This document shows, piece by piece, positions 8,207-16,424 of a stretch of 25,107 bases of DNA (position 1 is its first letter; the number at the start of each line of letters is the position of its first letter). The stretch covers positions 1 through 25,107 of the IMG/VR virus record IMGVR_UViG_3300020314_000033, one strand, 5' to 3'. Source of the DNA: a virus (taxonomy: Duplodnaviria; Caudoviricetes). A program made the position numbers and the translations under genes. The notes under the pieces were generated by a model. That model searched no databases and was not told where the DNA came from. It was given only the letters and a program-made list of their open reading frames with translations.

Positions 8207-9060
8207 TATTTGTGGACTTCTGGTTTATAGTCAGCAACTGCTTTACTATAATCGAATGCTGTTCTCCATAATTGTCTGTCTTTGTTTTTGACAGCTGATC
8301 TTCTATGACTAGTTAACAATTGATCCATAAACAATAAATCACCTTTTCTAAATACGTGATGTACCATATACTTTGATCTTGTTACTACACTCCATAACTT
8401 ATCATAGAATGCTTGAAAGTCTTCAATCTCTTTTCCTTTGTACCATGCTTTATACAAGTAGATAAACATAGGATACAAATACTCTTTACCATCGACAGGA
8501 TGTTTTCCAACTAATGGTCTTCTATCAATTGTTTCTTTATAATGTTCTTGTCCTGTTCTAAAGTTTTGTTCACCCACGTTCTCATATGCTTTAGAATACA
8601 CACCATCGTTACGCCATATTCTAGCACGTTCACCTTCGTTGTTTAGATTGATTTCTATATTACGAAAATACTCTTTATCTTCTTCCGATAATTCTTCAAA
8701 TGCTTTTTTCTGATCTACGATAGATAGTACAGTATCAATACATTCAGTTTCGCAATACAACCCTACACAAATCTCATCGAAGTTATATCTACCAGTTCCG
8801 TTAGCATGCCATTCTAATTCTGTTGGACCAAACATACCTATTGGTTTGCCATCAACAACTTTACCAGATACAATACTAATCTGTGGAGAATCTTTAGGGT
8901 TCATAAAGTAATCTAGTTCTTCTACCTTACCCATTCTAGCACAAACTTCAGCAAGTTGTTGTCTAGTTAAATTTTGATCGTGTAATACTACAGAACCTTT
9001 GTCAACTATTGTGTTAACTAATTCTGTAAATTGTTCGTCTGTGTAATCTAATATATTCAT
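8206..9060 (-). CDS. TauD/TfdA-family dioxygenase-like protein with H-x-N motif (paralog of 5720-6529)
   Basis: GSVVLHDQNLT, LEWHANG, RPLVGKHPVDGKEYLY, HVFRKGDLLFMDQLLTSHRR, RQLWR. Confidence 0.85.
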   Translation of the reverse strand: MNILDYTDEQFTELVNTIVDKGSVVLHDQNLTRQQLAEVCARMGKVEELDYFMNPKDSPQISIVSGKVVDGKPIGMFGPTELEWHANGTGRYNFDEICVGLYCETECIDTVLSIVDQKKAFEELSEEDKEYFRNIEINLNNEGERARIWRNDGVYSKAYENVGEQNFRTGQEHYKETIDRRPLVGKHPVDGKEYLYPMFIYLYKAWYKGKEIEDFQAFYDKLWSVVTRSKYMVHHVFRKGDLLFMDQLLTSHRRSAVKNKDRQLWRTAFDYSKAVADYKPEVHK

Positions 9061-9953
9061 TTTTCAAATAGAGGCGTAATACAAAGTCTGGCTGTATCAT
9101 TCCACCTCATTCTTCTCCTTTCTTCGTAGTAAGAATCTCTACTTGTTGCCAAGTACCATACGTCTGATGGTTTTATACCATAGTCTTCACAAAACACAAG
9201 TTGTCTTGTTCTATTTCTTTTAAACATGTCATCAACAGCAAAGTTATTCATAATTAACTTCATTGTTCGCACACCATTATAATTCCAGTTCTCTAATTTT
9301 TTTAATCTCTCTAATGATTTATGTGGTTCTTTTGTATAGACTAATCCAAGTCTCTGACCTGCCAATCCAAAGCCTTTAGAAAAACCAAAGAATACTTGTT
9401 CAGTATTTTTAGGTATTTTTATTTCTTTGATATCTGTAGCACCAACATAACAACAATCTAATATCACTGGTGAATTAATCTCACCCATATCAAAATAGTT
9501 TCCGTCTGCGGCTGATGGTATACTCAGATACATTGGTTTATCATTGTCTACTTTTCTTGGTAATGCTGATCGACCTAAGTCATTCATATGTTGTCTTGGT
9601 ACATCACAACATACAGTAGGTTTAGTTCCTATAACTTGTGGATATTCATACTCACCTTCTAACTGTTGCCATTCTCTTGTCTCAGTCATAACCCAATGAT
9701 GTATTGCATCTGTAACACCATGTGTAAAATAACAATGTGGAAAATCTGATAAGTCTATGATCTCACTAACCCATTTTCTATGAAGTGTAATTACTTCTTC
9801 TAATTCTTTTGTAGCTTGACCACTACCTCTGACATAGAGAGTATCGGCAACGACTTGTTGTTGAAGAACGTCTGATACTTCTTTGATCTTAGGAACGTTT
9901 ACAAAACGTTCACCTCTAATGATTTGTTTGAGTTTGTGTTTTTCTTTTTCCAT
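9057..9953 (-). CDS. PLP-dependent enzyme, fold type I (class I/II aminotransferase-like)
   Basis: VILDCCY (pyridine-binding Asp) and FSKGFGLAGQRLG (Schiff-base Lys motif). Start placed at ATG 9953 (MEKEK) rather than the track's non-ATG start at 9986. Confidence 0.75.
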   Translation of the reverse strand: MEKEKHKLKQIIRGERFVNVPKIKEVSDVLQQQVVADTLYVRGSGQATKELEEVITLHRKWVSEIIDLSDFPHCYFTHGVTDAIHHWVMTETREWQQLEGEYEYPQVIGTKPTVCCDVPRQHMNDLGRSALPRKVDNDKPMYLSIPSAADGNYFDMGEINSPVILDCCYVGATDIKEIKIPKNTEQVFFGFSKGFGLAGQRLGLVYTKEPHKSLERLKKLENWNYNGVRTMKLIMNNFAVDDMFKRNRTRQLVFCEDYGIKPSDVWYLATSRDSYYEERRRMRWNDTARLCITPLFEK

Positions 9954-10587
9954 AATCTTTAAATAATTTTTCTGCAATCCAACCACCTGTATCCCATTTG
10001 TGTAATCTTATTCTTCTCTGATTGTCGTGGTGATTTTTATGATAACCTTCACCTGCAACAAAGAAGTTCAACCAAAAGGCGTTTGTTGGACCTTCACTGT
10101 GTCCCACTGTATTAAGTAAACCAAATCCTATCTTAGCAAATACAAATGGTACAGCACAGAATGCTACCCAAAAGTATGGACTAATTAAGAACGAAATAAT
10201 ATTAACAACAACTAATATATGCAACCAATATTTGTGACAAAACACCAATCTAGGATTGTTATATAAATCACGTGCATACTTAGGTGGTATCTTTGGAATA
10301 TCCCAAGTAGTAGATAATACTTTCCATAATCCTACGTGTTGTGGTGAATGAGGATCTTTTTCAGTATCGGAATGATTGTGATGCATACGATGAGACGCAA
10401 TCCACCCGATCGGTGTTCGTATACATGCGATCATCAACATTGCTAATCCGATTGTCTCAAACCAGACTGGCACTTTAAATTGTCTATGACAATAATGTCG
10501 ATGCAACAATATAGACGCACCCCAATGCGATATAATTTGCGACCAAAGTATCCCTAATAAAATTGCAGTTAACATTAATATATGCAC
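9916..10587 (-). CDS. Membrane fatty acid desaturase (Delta-9/DesC-like)
   Basis: Three His boxes HRHYCH, HRMHH and HKNHH; SDTEKDPHSP; GEGYH; hydrophobic segments. Confidence 0.9.
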   Translation of the reverse strand: MHILMLTAILLGILWSQIISHWGASILLHRHYCHRQFKVPVWFETIGLAMLMIACIRTPIGWIASHRMHHNHSDTEKDPHSPQHVGLWKVLSTTWDIPKIPPKYARDLYNNPRLVFCHKYWLHILVVVNIISFLISPYFWVAFCAVPFVFAKIGFGLLNTVGHSEGPTNAFWLNFFVAGEGYHKNHHDNQRRIRLHKWDTGGWIAEKLFKDYGKRKTQTQTNH

Positions 10588-11036
10588 CCTACTATGTGTA
10601 TGCGATCTTCACGTGAAGCGTTGACCGCAGTATGATTTTTAGTTGTGTCTATAATATATATACTTCCATCAGCAGGCAGTCTGTGTAACTGATCATCAAC
10701 GATCATAAAACAGTTCTCATTTGTAACTAATGGAATATGCATACGTTTTGTATAGTCTTGGTGATAGGTATAACAAGTTCGTCTTGTCAATCTAGCAACT
10801 CTCGCTCTACAAATATTATGCTTTTCTAATATTGAATTAGTATAAGGCATATTAAAAAGAAACTTTGTAAAGTCTGTTTCTTTATGCTCTTTATCTGTTA
10901 TTTTACCACACGCATAATAAGGATCATCGTTACCTTCTACAGATTGTAGAGCAACTTGATTATCTCTAAACGCAGGTAGTTTATCTTCTAACTCTCTAAG
11001 TATTTTTTCTATATCAATTTTTTCATTTAAGCGCAT
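10575..11036 (-). CDS. Fe(II)/2OG oxygenase, aspartyl/asparaginyl beta-hydroxylase-like
   Basis: RARVARL..YTYHQD (HxD), RMHIPLVTN, DTTKNHTAVN (His), DRIHIV (Arg). Confidence 0.8.
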   Translation of the reverse strand: MRLNEKIDIEKILRELEDKLPAFRDNQVALQSVEGNDDPYYACGKITDKEHKETDFTKFLFNMPYTNSILEKHNICRARVARLTRRTCYTYHQDYTKRMHIPLVTNENCFMIVDDQLHRLPADGSIYIIDTTKNHTAVNASREDRIHIVGCIY

Positions 11037-11482
11037 ACCGTAATTTCTTTCACTCTGTTTGGATGATCAATGACCCATTTTATAGTATCCCAACACTGTG
11101 ATAAAGACATCTTTGGATGATCAATATCTGCTGATCTTTCTGAATCAAAGTAACCAAAGTTAATACATGTAACATCTGAGCCTACATAATATAGTTGATC
11201 ATTTGCATTTCTTAATGCGGCTTTTTCAACACCGTATCTGTAAACGTCTTTATGACCGTGTATCCAATCAGAGGCTGCACTACCTATACTGATTACTTTT
11301 TTGCCTTTACTTTCAGCTTCATATAATAAATCGACTTGTGAAAATCCATCATGTTTGCAATTAATAAAAATATCGCAATCATCTAAATTGTCAACAATTC
11401 TATTTGCACCAGTGTTTAATTCTGGTAAGTTAGTTAGAAACGCCCCTAGGCCTCGTCTTGTTCCTGTTATGTAATATCTCAT
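11027..11482 (-). CDS. Minimal short-chain dehydrogenase/reductase
   Basis: ITGTRRGLG (TGxxxGxG), ISIGSAAS (catalytic Ser), YGVEK (YxxxK), INFGYFDS. Confidence 0.8.
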   Translation of the reverse strand: MRYYITGTRRGLGAFLTNLPELNTGANRIVDNLDDCDIFINCKHDGFSQVDLLYEAESKGKKVISIGSAASDWIHGHKDVYRYGVEKAALRNANDQLYYVGSDVTCINFGYFDSERSADIDHPKMSLSQCWDTIKWVIDHPNRVKEITVCA

Positions 11483-12243
11483 ATTTTTTTATTGTTTAAC
11501 CATACGTCAAGTTCTTTATCTAATGACTTATGTTTAAAATATTCCTCTTCTGGTCCTGTTCTAAATTCTACAGGAATATCCTTGTTTTTTACTGTAGCAT
11601 GATATAATCTATTTATGCCTGGATTAGAATGACCTATGCCAATAATTAGTCTTGGTTCTGTCTCAGATTGTATGACAGTTTGTAAGTGTTTATCTGGTGT
11701 TGTTCTTTCTAACACTCTTTCAAATGCTGAACAAAAACCAGTCTTATAACCTAACATCGCAGCAGCCATTGCTAATTGACCAGATGCAATACCAACAGAA
11801 AATGCTTTCTGTTCAAATAAAGTTTGTTTTGTGACTTCATTTGCACCCTCTCTAGTTGCGAGAATGTGTGTGCCACCTCTTAGATTTTTTTGATCATCAC
11901 AGAATACAAATACAGCATTTGCATATATTTGAGAGTTGGTAATTGTGTGTGTTTCTTTTGTATGAAACTTCTCACCCCACTCATCTTTCTGATCTTCAAA
12001 TACTTCGTCAACATCTGAACCATTAAATAACGCATAGACTTTTGTGGCATCATGTATTTTTTTAATGATATCTTTATCTGTAAACACTCTTAAATTGAAG
12101 TGTGTTTCATTCTGTTTTGATGGCCCATTTGAGGCTGCATAGATCATACAATCTAAATCTTTTTGGGGTATTGATTTAGTTAGATTATAGTTTCTCTGAG
12201 CTCGCTGTGATACTGTCACAGCATCTTTAATCACATCATGCAT
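11479..12243 (-). CDS. Nitroreductase-family flavoprotein
   Basis: QRAQRNY..IPQKDL..AASNGPSKQN; GIASGQLAMAAAMLGYKTGFCSAF; LIIGIGH. Confidence 0.85.
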   Translation of the reverse strand: MHDVIKDAVTVSQRAQRNYNLTKSIPQKDLDCMIYAASNGPSKQNETHFNLRVFTDKDIIKKIHDATKVYALFNGSDVDEVFEDQKDEWGEKFHTKETHTITNSQIYANAVFVFCDDQKNLRGGTHILATREGANEVTKQTLFEQKAFSVGIASGQLAMAAAMLGYKTGFCSAFERVLERTTPDKHLQTVIQSETEPRLIIGIGHSNPGINRLYHATVKNKDIPVEFRTGPEEEYFKHKSLDKELDVWLNNKKI

Positions 12244-12248
12244 AGTAA

Positions 12249-12256
12249 TATATATA
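12249..12256 (-). promoter_or_regulatory. Putative late promoter variant (TATATATA) for the leftward enzyme operon
   Basis: Minus-strand context TATTATATATATTACTAT matches the 3030 late promoter context TATTATAAATATTACTAT at 17/18 positions; 5 nt before ATG 12243. Confidence 0.55.
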
Positions 12257-12269
12257 ATACAAAAAATGG

Positions 12270-12298
12270 TTGACTTTTTAGTCGAAATGTGGTATAAT
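12270..12298 (+). promoter_or_regulatory. Sigma70-type (early) promoter
   Basis: TTGACT(12270-75), 17-nt spacer, TATAAT(12293-98), with extended -10 TGn and an upstream A-tract. An AATAAATA late-like box overlaps at 12296-12303. Confidence 0.85.
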
Positions 12299-12308
12299 AA
12301 ATACTAAT

Positions 12309-13232
12309 ATGAATATAAACTTTGTAGTAACATCCAAGCCGGGTGACGGCCTTCTATTTTACTCATACGAGTATTGTGCTAAACTCAATGCTATAAATCA
12401 ACCTGCGACACTTTGCATCATTCCTCACAGACGATTTACACCCGAAGATTACATGACGGTGTTAAACGACAAATATACATCTGTGAATAATGTACAATTT
12501 AATGACATTGATCCTAAAGAAAATGACATAACAATGATTATGGGTCGAAGTCAATTGACACTAGCATACATGACTTGGAAAGATTATAACTCAACACAAA
12601 AATTATCATTATTCAAATTGTTTGGTAATAAACTGATATCAGTATATTCAGATAATCATCCTGTAGAATATCCTATGGCTTTAGATTATTTTAAACCTAA
12701 ACAAATTTATGATTTGTGCGACAAAGATGTATATCCAAATGGTGTGGGTGAACACTTTGAGAAAACAATAAACTTTGAGATTTACAAAAATACTTCTATG
12801 AAAGAAAACGATCCTGAAGTTCAGGAGTATCTATTCTTAGGTACGAATGATATTTACTATGATGCGGTAGATAAATGTATTGACAACATTGAAGACATAT
12901 GGACTAAAGGTCATGGAGTATTAGTTTATAAAGATCAAGGATTAGATGATTGGACTTGGAAAAGAGAAGCAGAAGGTAAAGAAAAACTTAATCATATATT
13001 TGCACCTTTTCCTGATCTACTTAAAAAGTTTAATACGTATGTATATACTAAACCTAATTTTGATCCTGCACCTAGATTGATGATAGAATTTTTATGGGCA
13101 GGTAGAAAAGTAATATATCAAAGAGATAAGAATCTTAAAGATGGTGGACCAGTTTATTGGGAACGTGGTGTGAAAGATATAGCTTACAGTATTCCAGCAA
13201 TTGGAAATGCGATAGAGAAGTTGTCTAAATAA
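12309..13232 (+). CDS. Hypothetical protein, possibly GT-B glycosyltransferase-like
   Basis: C-terminal KFNTYVYTKPNFDPAPRLMIEFLWAGRKVIY resembles the GT-B nucleotide-sugar binding D/E-x7-E..G..V segment; the rest is not recognised. Confidence 0.4.
   Translation: MNINFVVTSKPGDGLLFYSYEYCAKLNAINQPATLCIIPHRRFTPEDYMTVLNDKYTSVNNVQFNDIDPKENDITMIMGRSQLTLAYMTWKDYNSTQKLSLFKLFGNKLISVYSDNHPVEYPMALDYFKPKQIYDLCDKDVYPNGVGEHFEKTINFEIYKNTSMKENDPEVQEYLFLGTNDIYYDAVDKCIDNIEDIWTKGHGVLVYKDQGLDDWTWKREAEGKEKLNHIFAPFPDLLKKFNTYVYTKPNFDPAPRLMIEFLWAGRKVIYQRDKNLKDGGPVYWERGVKDIAYSIPAIGNAIEKLSK
13225..13231 (+). promoter_or_regulatory. Possible late promoter (CTAAATA)
   Basis: TAAATA core overlapping the upstream stop codon, ahead of AGGA RBS and ATG 13260; same arrangement as at 3668. 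Confidence 0.35.
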
Positions 13233-13259
13233 TCATACTGAATACATTATAGGAATAAG

Positions 13260-14888
13260 ATGACAGAATTTAATAAAGATAAACTACCAGAAAAAGATTT
13301 CGTTAATCAACCAAAATTTATACAAGACGCACCTGGCAAAGGACACAATGGTGGGCCAGAACTTGAAGAAGAAGAAATCGGCAAACCCTTACCAAACAGA
13401 CCTGATGATATTACGTCTCATATGACAAGAGGTGGTCCTGGAGATGATTCCAGACCAGGTGAAGTAAACACTAAAGCATGGTGGCAAGATTTATCTGACA
13501 AAGGTAAAGACAATGCCATGTATAAAAATTCAATCGTACAAATGGCTAAGAGAAAAGACATTTGGTTTTGTACAATTCCTTTTACACAAATTTATTCTGA
13601 ACTAGATGGTAAATTCAAAGCATGTTGTTTTGGTGAACCCTCTAACAAACATTGGGTAGGTAATACTACACTGAAAGAATGGATGGAAGACAGCACGTAT
13701 ATGAATAGTATACGTAAAGAGATGTTAGATCCAAACTCAGATCACAAAGCAGTTAATGTTATATGTAGAAGATGTAAAAGTGACGAAGCAAAGTATGGTA
13801 GAAGTAGAAGAACAAACTGTTTAAAAATTCATACTAACTCACACGAGTTTTGGGATGCGATTGAGAAGAACGTTCAACTATATCAGAAAAGTGGTACGTG
13901 GACTTTTGACGAAAGAATATGTGAAGTACAATTAAAAATCTTTGGGTCTGAATGTAACCTAGATTGTTATATGTGTATGCATGCTAACTCTACTACGAGA
14001 CAAAACGTAGCAGACAAAGGTGTATGGAATGATAGAATTTTTGGTATCCAAGATGAGGGTAGAAAAAATTACATTGACTGGATTATGAAAGATAAGACCA
14101 AAGGTCAAGTAGAACAAATCGTAGAACTCGCACCATATATTAGAAGTATTAAAGTTATCGGTGGTGAACCTTTAATTATGAAGAAACACTACGAGATGCT
14201 AGATGCACTAATTGAAACTGGTCATGCAAAAGATATTCGAATTAAATATCAGACTAATTTAACAAAGACAGCAAAAGGTAAACATAGTATCTTTAAATAT
14301 ATTCCTAAGTTTCAACACGTGGCAATGGTTGCTTCTGTAGATGGTGTTGGTCCTGTAATTGAATACATGAGAAGAAGAACTAATTGGAATGAAGTTGTTG
14401 AAAATATTAATCTATGTAAAAAGTTTCCTAATGTAGTTGTTGACTTCAATGGTCTTGTTTCGTTTTTAAGTGTGATGAGATTTTATGAAGTTATTGATTG
14501 GTGTAAAGAGAATCCAGTTATTAGTCAATTGAATTGGGCAATGGTAGATACACCAAAACACTTTAGACCTGAGAACTTACCAGAACCTCTAAAGAAAGAA
14601 CTTATACCAAAATATAAAGATTGGCCTGACATCGTTGCATGTTTAGAAAGACCAGCAGAACCAGATGTTGATATACAAGATATATTTGATTATCTATTAA
14701 AGGCAGACGAACATTACAAAGGTACAAAATGGGAAATGAATTTGTTTGATGTGTTTCCTGAATTAGAACCATATTATGATCGTAATAGAAAAGTAGATCC
14801 AGTTTATCAAGCAAAAGTATTCTCAGAATTTGATAATGAATGGGATAGGTTAAGGCAGTCTAACGAGACATTTGACGAGATGAAATAA
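13260..14888 (+). CDS. Radical SAM enzyme with N-terminal twitch/SPASM-like domain
   Basis: FCTIPF..DGKFKACC..CRRC auxiliary-cluster motif, then CNLDCYMC (CxxxCxxC), GGEPL, YQTNLT, SVDG and YMRRRT. Confidence 0.92.
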   Translation: MTEFNKDKLPEKDFVNQPKFIQDAPGKGHNGGPELEEEEIGKPLPNRPDDITSHMTRGGPGDDSRPGEVNTKAWWQDLSDKGKDNAMYKNSIVQMAKRKDIWFCTIPFTQIYSELDGKFKACCFGEPSNKHWVGNTTLKEWMEDSTYMNSIRKEMLDPNSDHKAVNVICRRCKSDEAKYGRSRRTNCLKIHTNSHEFWDAIEKNVQLYQKSGTWTFDERICEVQLKIFGSECNLDCYMCMHANSTTRQNVADKGVWNDRIFGIQDEGRKNYIDWIMKDKTKGQVEQIVELAPYIRSIKVIGGEPLIMKKHYEMLDALIETGHAKDIRIKYQTNLTKTAKGKHSIFKYIPKFQHVAMVASVDGVGPVIEYMRRRTNWNEVVENINLCKKFPNVVVDFNGLVSFLSVMRFYEVIDWCKENPVISQLNWAMVDTPKHFRPENLPEPLKKELIPKYKDWPDIVACLERPAEPDVDIQDIFDYLLKADEHYKGTKWEMNLFDVFPELEPYYDRNRKVDPVYQAKVFSEFDNEWDRLRQSNETFDEMK

Positions 14889-16375
14889 TGAAGGATAAAG
14901 TAAGAATAGAGAAAGCAGAGAAGTTAAACAAGACAATGCTTTCTGTACCTAAAGAAGATCGTACAGCAGGTCCACCTACCCAAGACATACCATCACCATT
15001 AAAAGACAAAACCAAACTTCCGTTTTATTGTTGTATTCCATTTACAATGTTATTCTCTACAGAAATGGGTGACTATGCAGCTTGCAACTTTGCAGTGCCT
15101 AGTTCACAGTTTACTCCTGAGGGAGATAGAATAAAAGGAACACCTGGTAAAGATGGACAGAATGTTGTAAACACTACAGTAGAAGATTGGATGACAAAAA
15201 GTGAGTACATGAATAAGTTACGTAAAGAAATGGTTGATCCAAACTCACCAAGAGAGTGGACAAAAAAAGTATGTGACAAATGTATTTACGATGAAGACAA
15301 ACATGGTTCATCCAGAAGATTAAATGTAACTGGTAGATATAGCAGAGATCCTGACTTCTGGCCTCTCATTGAAAGAGCAACACAAAAGTTTAAAGACACA
15401 GGTCAATATAATTTTACAGATAGAGTATTAGAAGCACAATTAAAAATATTCGGAACAGAATGTAATTTAGATTGTTTCATGTGTATGCCGTTTAGTTCAG
15501 ACATGAGACAAAAGAATACCTACGTAGAAGGACGAGAGTTTCATCCAACAGTTTGGGATAAAAAAGAAGTGATGAAAGTAAGATCAATCAGAGCAAACAA
15601 AATCTATGATCCTGCTATCATTGATCAACTTGCTGAAATTGCACCATATATTAGAACTCTTAAACTCATTGGTGGCGAACCTTTGATTATGAAAAAACAA
15701 TATGAATTATTAGACTATCTTGTTTCAAGTGGTCATGCTAAACATATGCATATTAAGTATCAAACTAATCTAACAAAAACAGCACATGGTGATCATAACA
15801 TATTCGATTATATTCCAAAATTTAAATTAGTAAATGTTGTAGTATCTATAGATGGTGTAGGTAAGTATAATGATTATCTACGAAGACGATCTAGTTATAA
15901 AGAGATCCTAGATAATATTGACATGATGTTAAGATACAGAAATGTATTAGTAGATATGAACGCAATGGTAACAATGCCTGGTGTGTTGAGACTATACGAA
16001 TTGTTTGAAGTCTACAAAAATAGACCAGAGATAAACGACATGAATTGGTGGATGATTTTTGACCCATATTCAATGAGGGTACATCACATGCCACAAGAAT
16101 TAAAAGATATGGTCAAACCATATTATGAGAAATATCCTGAAGCACATGATATTGTCACAGCACTAGAAAGAAGACGAGAAGATGATTCAGATTTACACTT
16201 CAACTCAACTATCAAGTATCTATTAGACAGAGATAAGCACTATGAGGGCACTAAGTGGGAGATGCATCTATTTGACGTATTTCCCGAATTAGAGCGGTTC
16301 TATGACCCGTCAAAGGCCGGTAAATCTGAGACCCTAAATAGTATTGACGATTGGCGAAATTGGGAATATAATTAA
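14888..16375 (+). CDS. Radical SAM enzyme with N-terminal twitch/SPASM-like domain (tandem paralog)
   Basis: YCCIPF..GDYAACN..CDKC, CNLDCFMC, GGEPLIMKK, SIDG; TAATG overlap with the preceding gene. Confidence 0.92.
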   Translation: MKDKVRIEKAEKLNKTMLSVPKEDRTAGPPTQDIPSPLKDKTKLPFYCCIPFTMLFSTEMGDYAACNFAVPSSQFTPEGDRIKGTPGKDGQNVVNTTVEDWMTKSEYMNKLRKEMVDPNSPREWTKKVCDKCIYDEDKHGSSRRLNVTGRYSRDPDFWPLIERATQKFKDTGQYNFTDRVLEAQLKIFGTECNLDCFMCMPFSSDMRQKNTYVEGREFHPTVWDKKEVMKVRSIRANKIYDPAIIDQLAEIAPYIRTLKLIGGEPLIMKKQYELLDYLVSSGHAKHMHIKYQTNLTKTAHGDHNIFDYIPKFKLVNVVVSIDGVGKYNDYLRRRSSYKEILDNIDMMLRYRNVLVDMNAMVTMPGVLRLYELFEVYKNRPEINDMNWWMIFDPYSMRVHHMPQELKDMVKPYYEKYPEAHDIVTALERRREDDSDLHFNSTIKYLLDRDKHYEGTKWEMHLFDVFPELERFYDPSKAGKSETLNSIDDWRNWEYN

Positions 16376-16386
16376 CCAGTTTTTCC

Positions 16387-16415
16387 TTGACTTTTATGAT
16401 GAAACGTGATATAAT
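16387..16415 (+). promoter_or_regulatory. Sigma70-type (early) promoter
   Basis: TTGACT(16387-92), 17-nt spacer, TATAAT(16410-15) with TGn extension; shares TTGACTTTT with the 12270 promoter. Confidence 0.85.
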
Positions 16416-16424
16416 ATGGATCGA

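Noticed and set aside
16416-16424. Track start codon at 16416
   Set aside because: It directly abuts the -10 hexamer, so it would not be in the transcript from this promoter; ATG 16425 aligns better with the paralog start.
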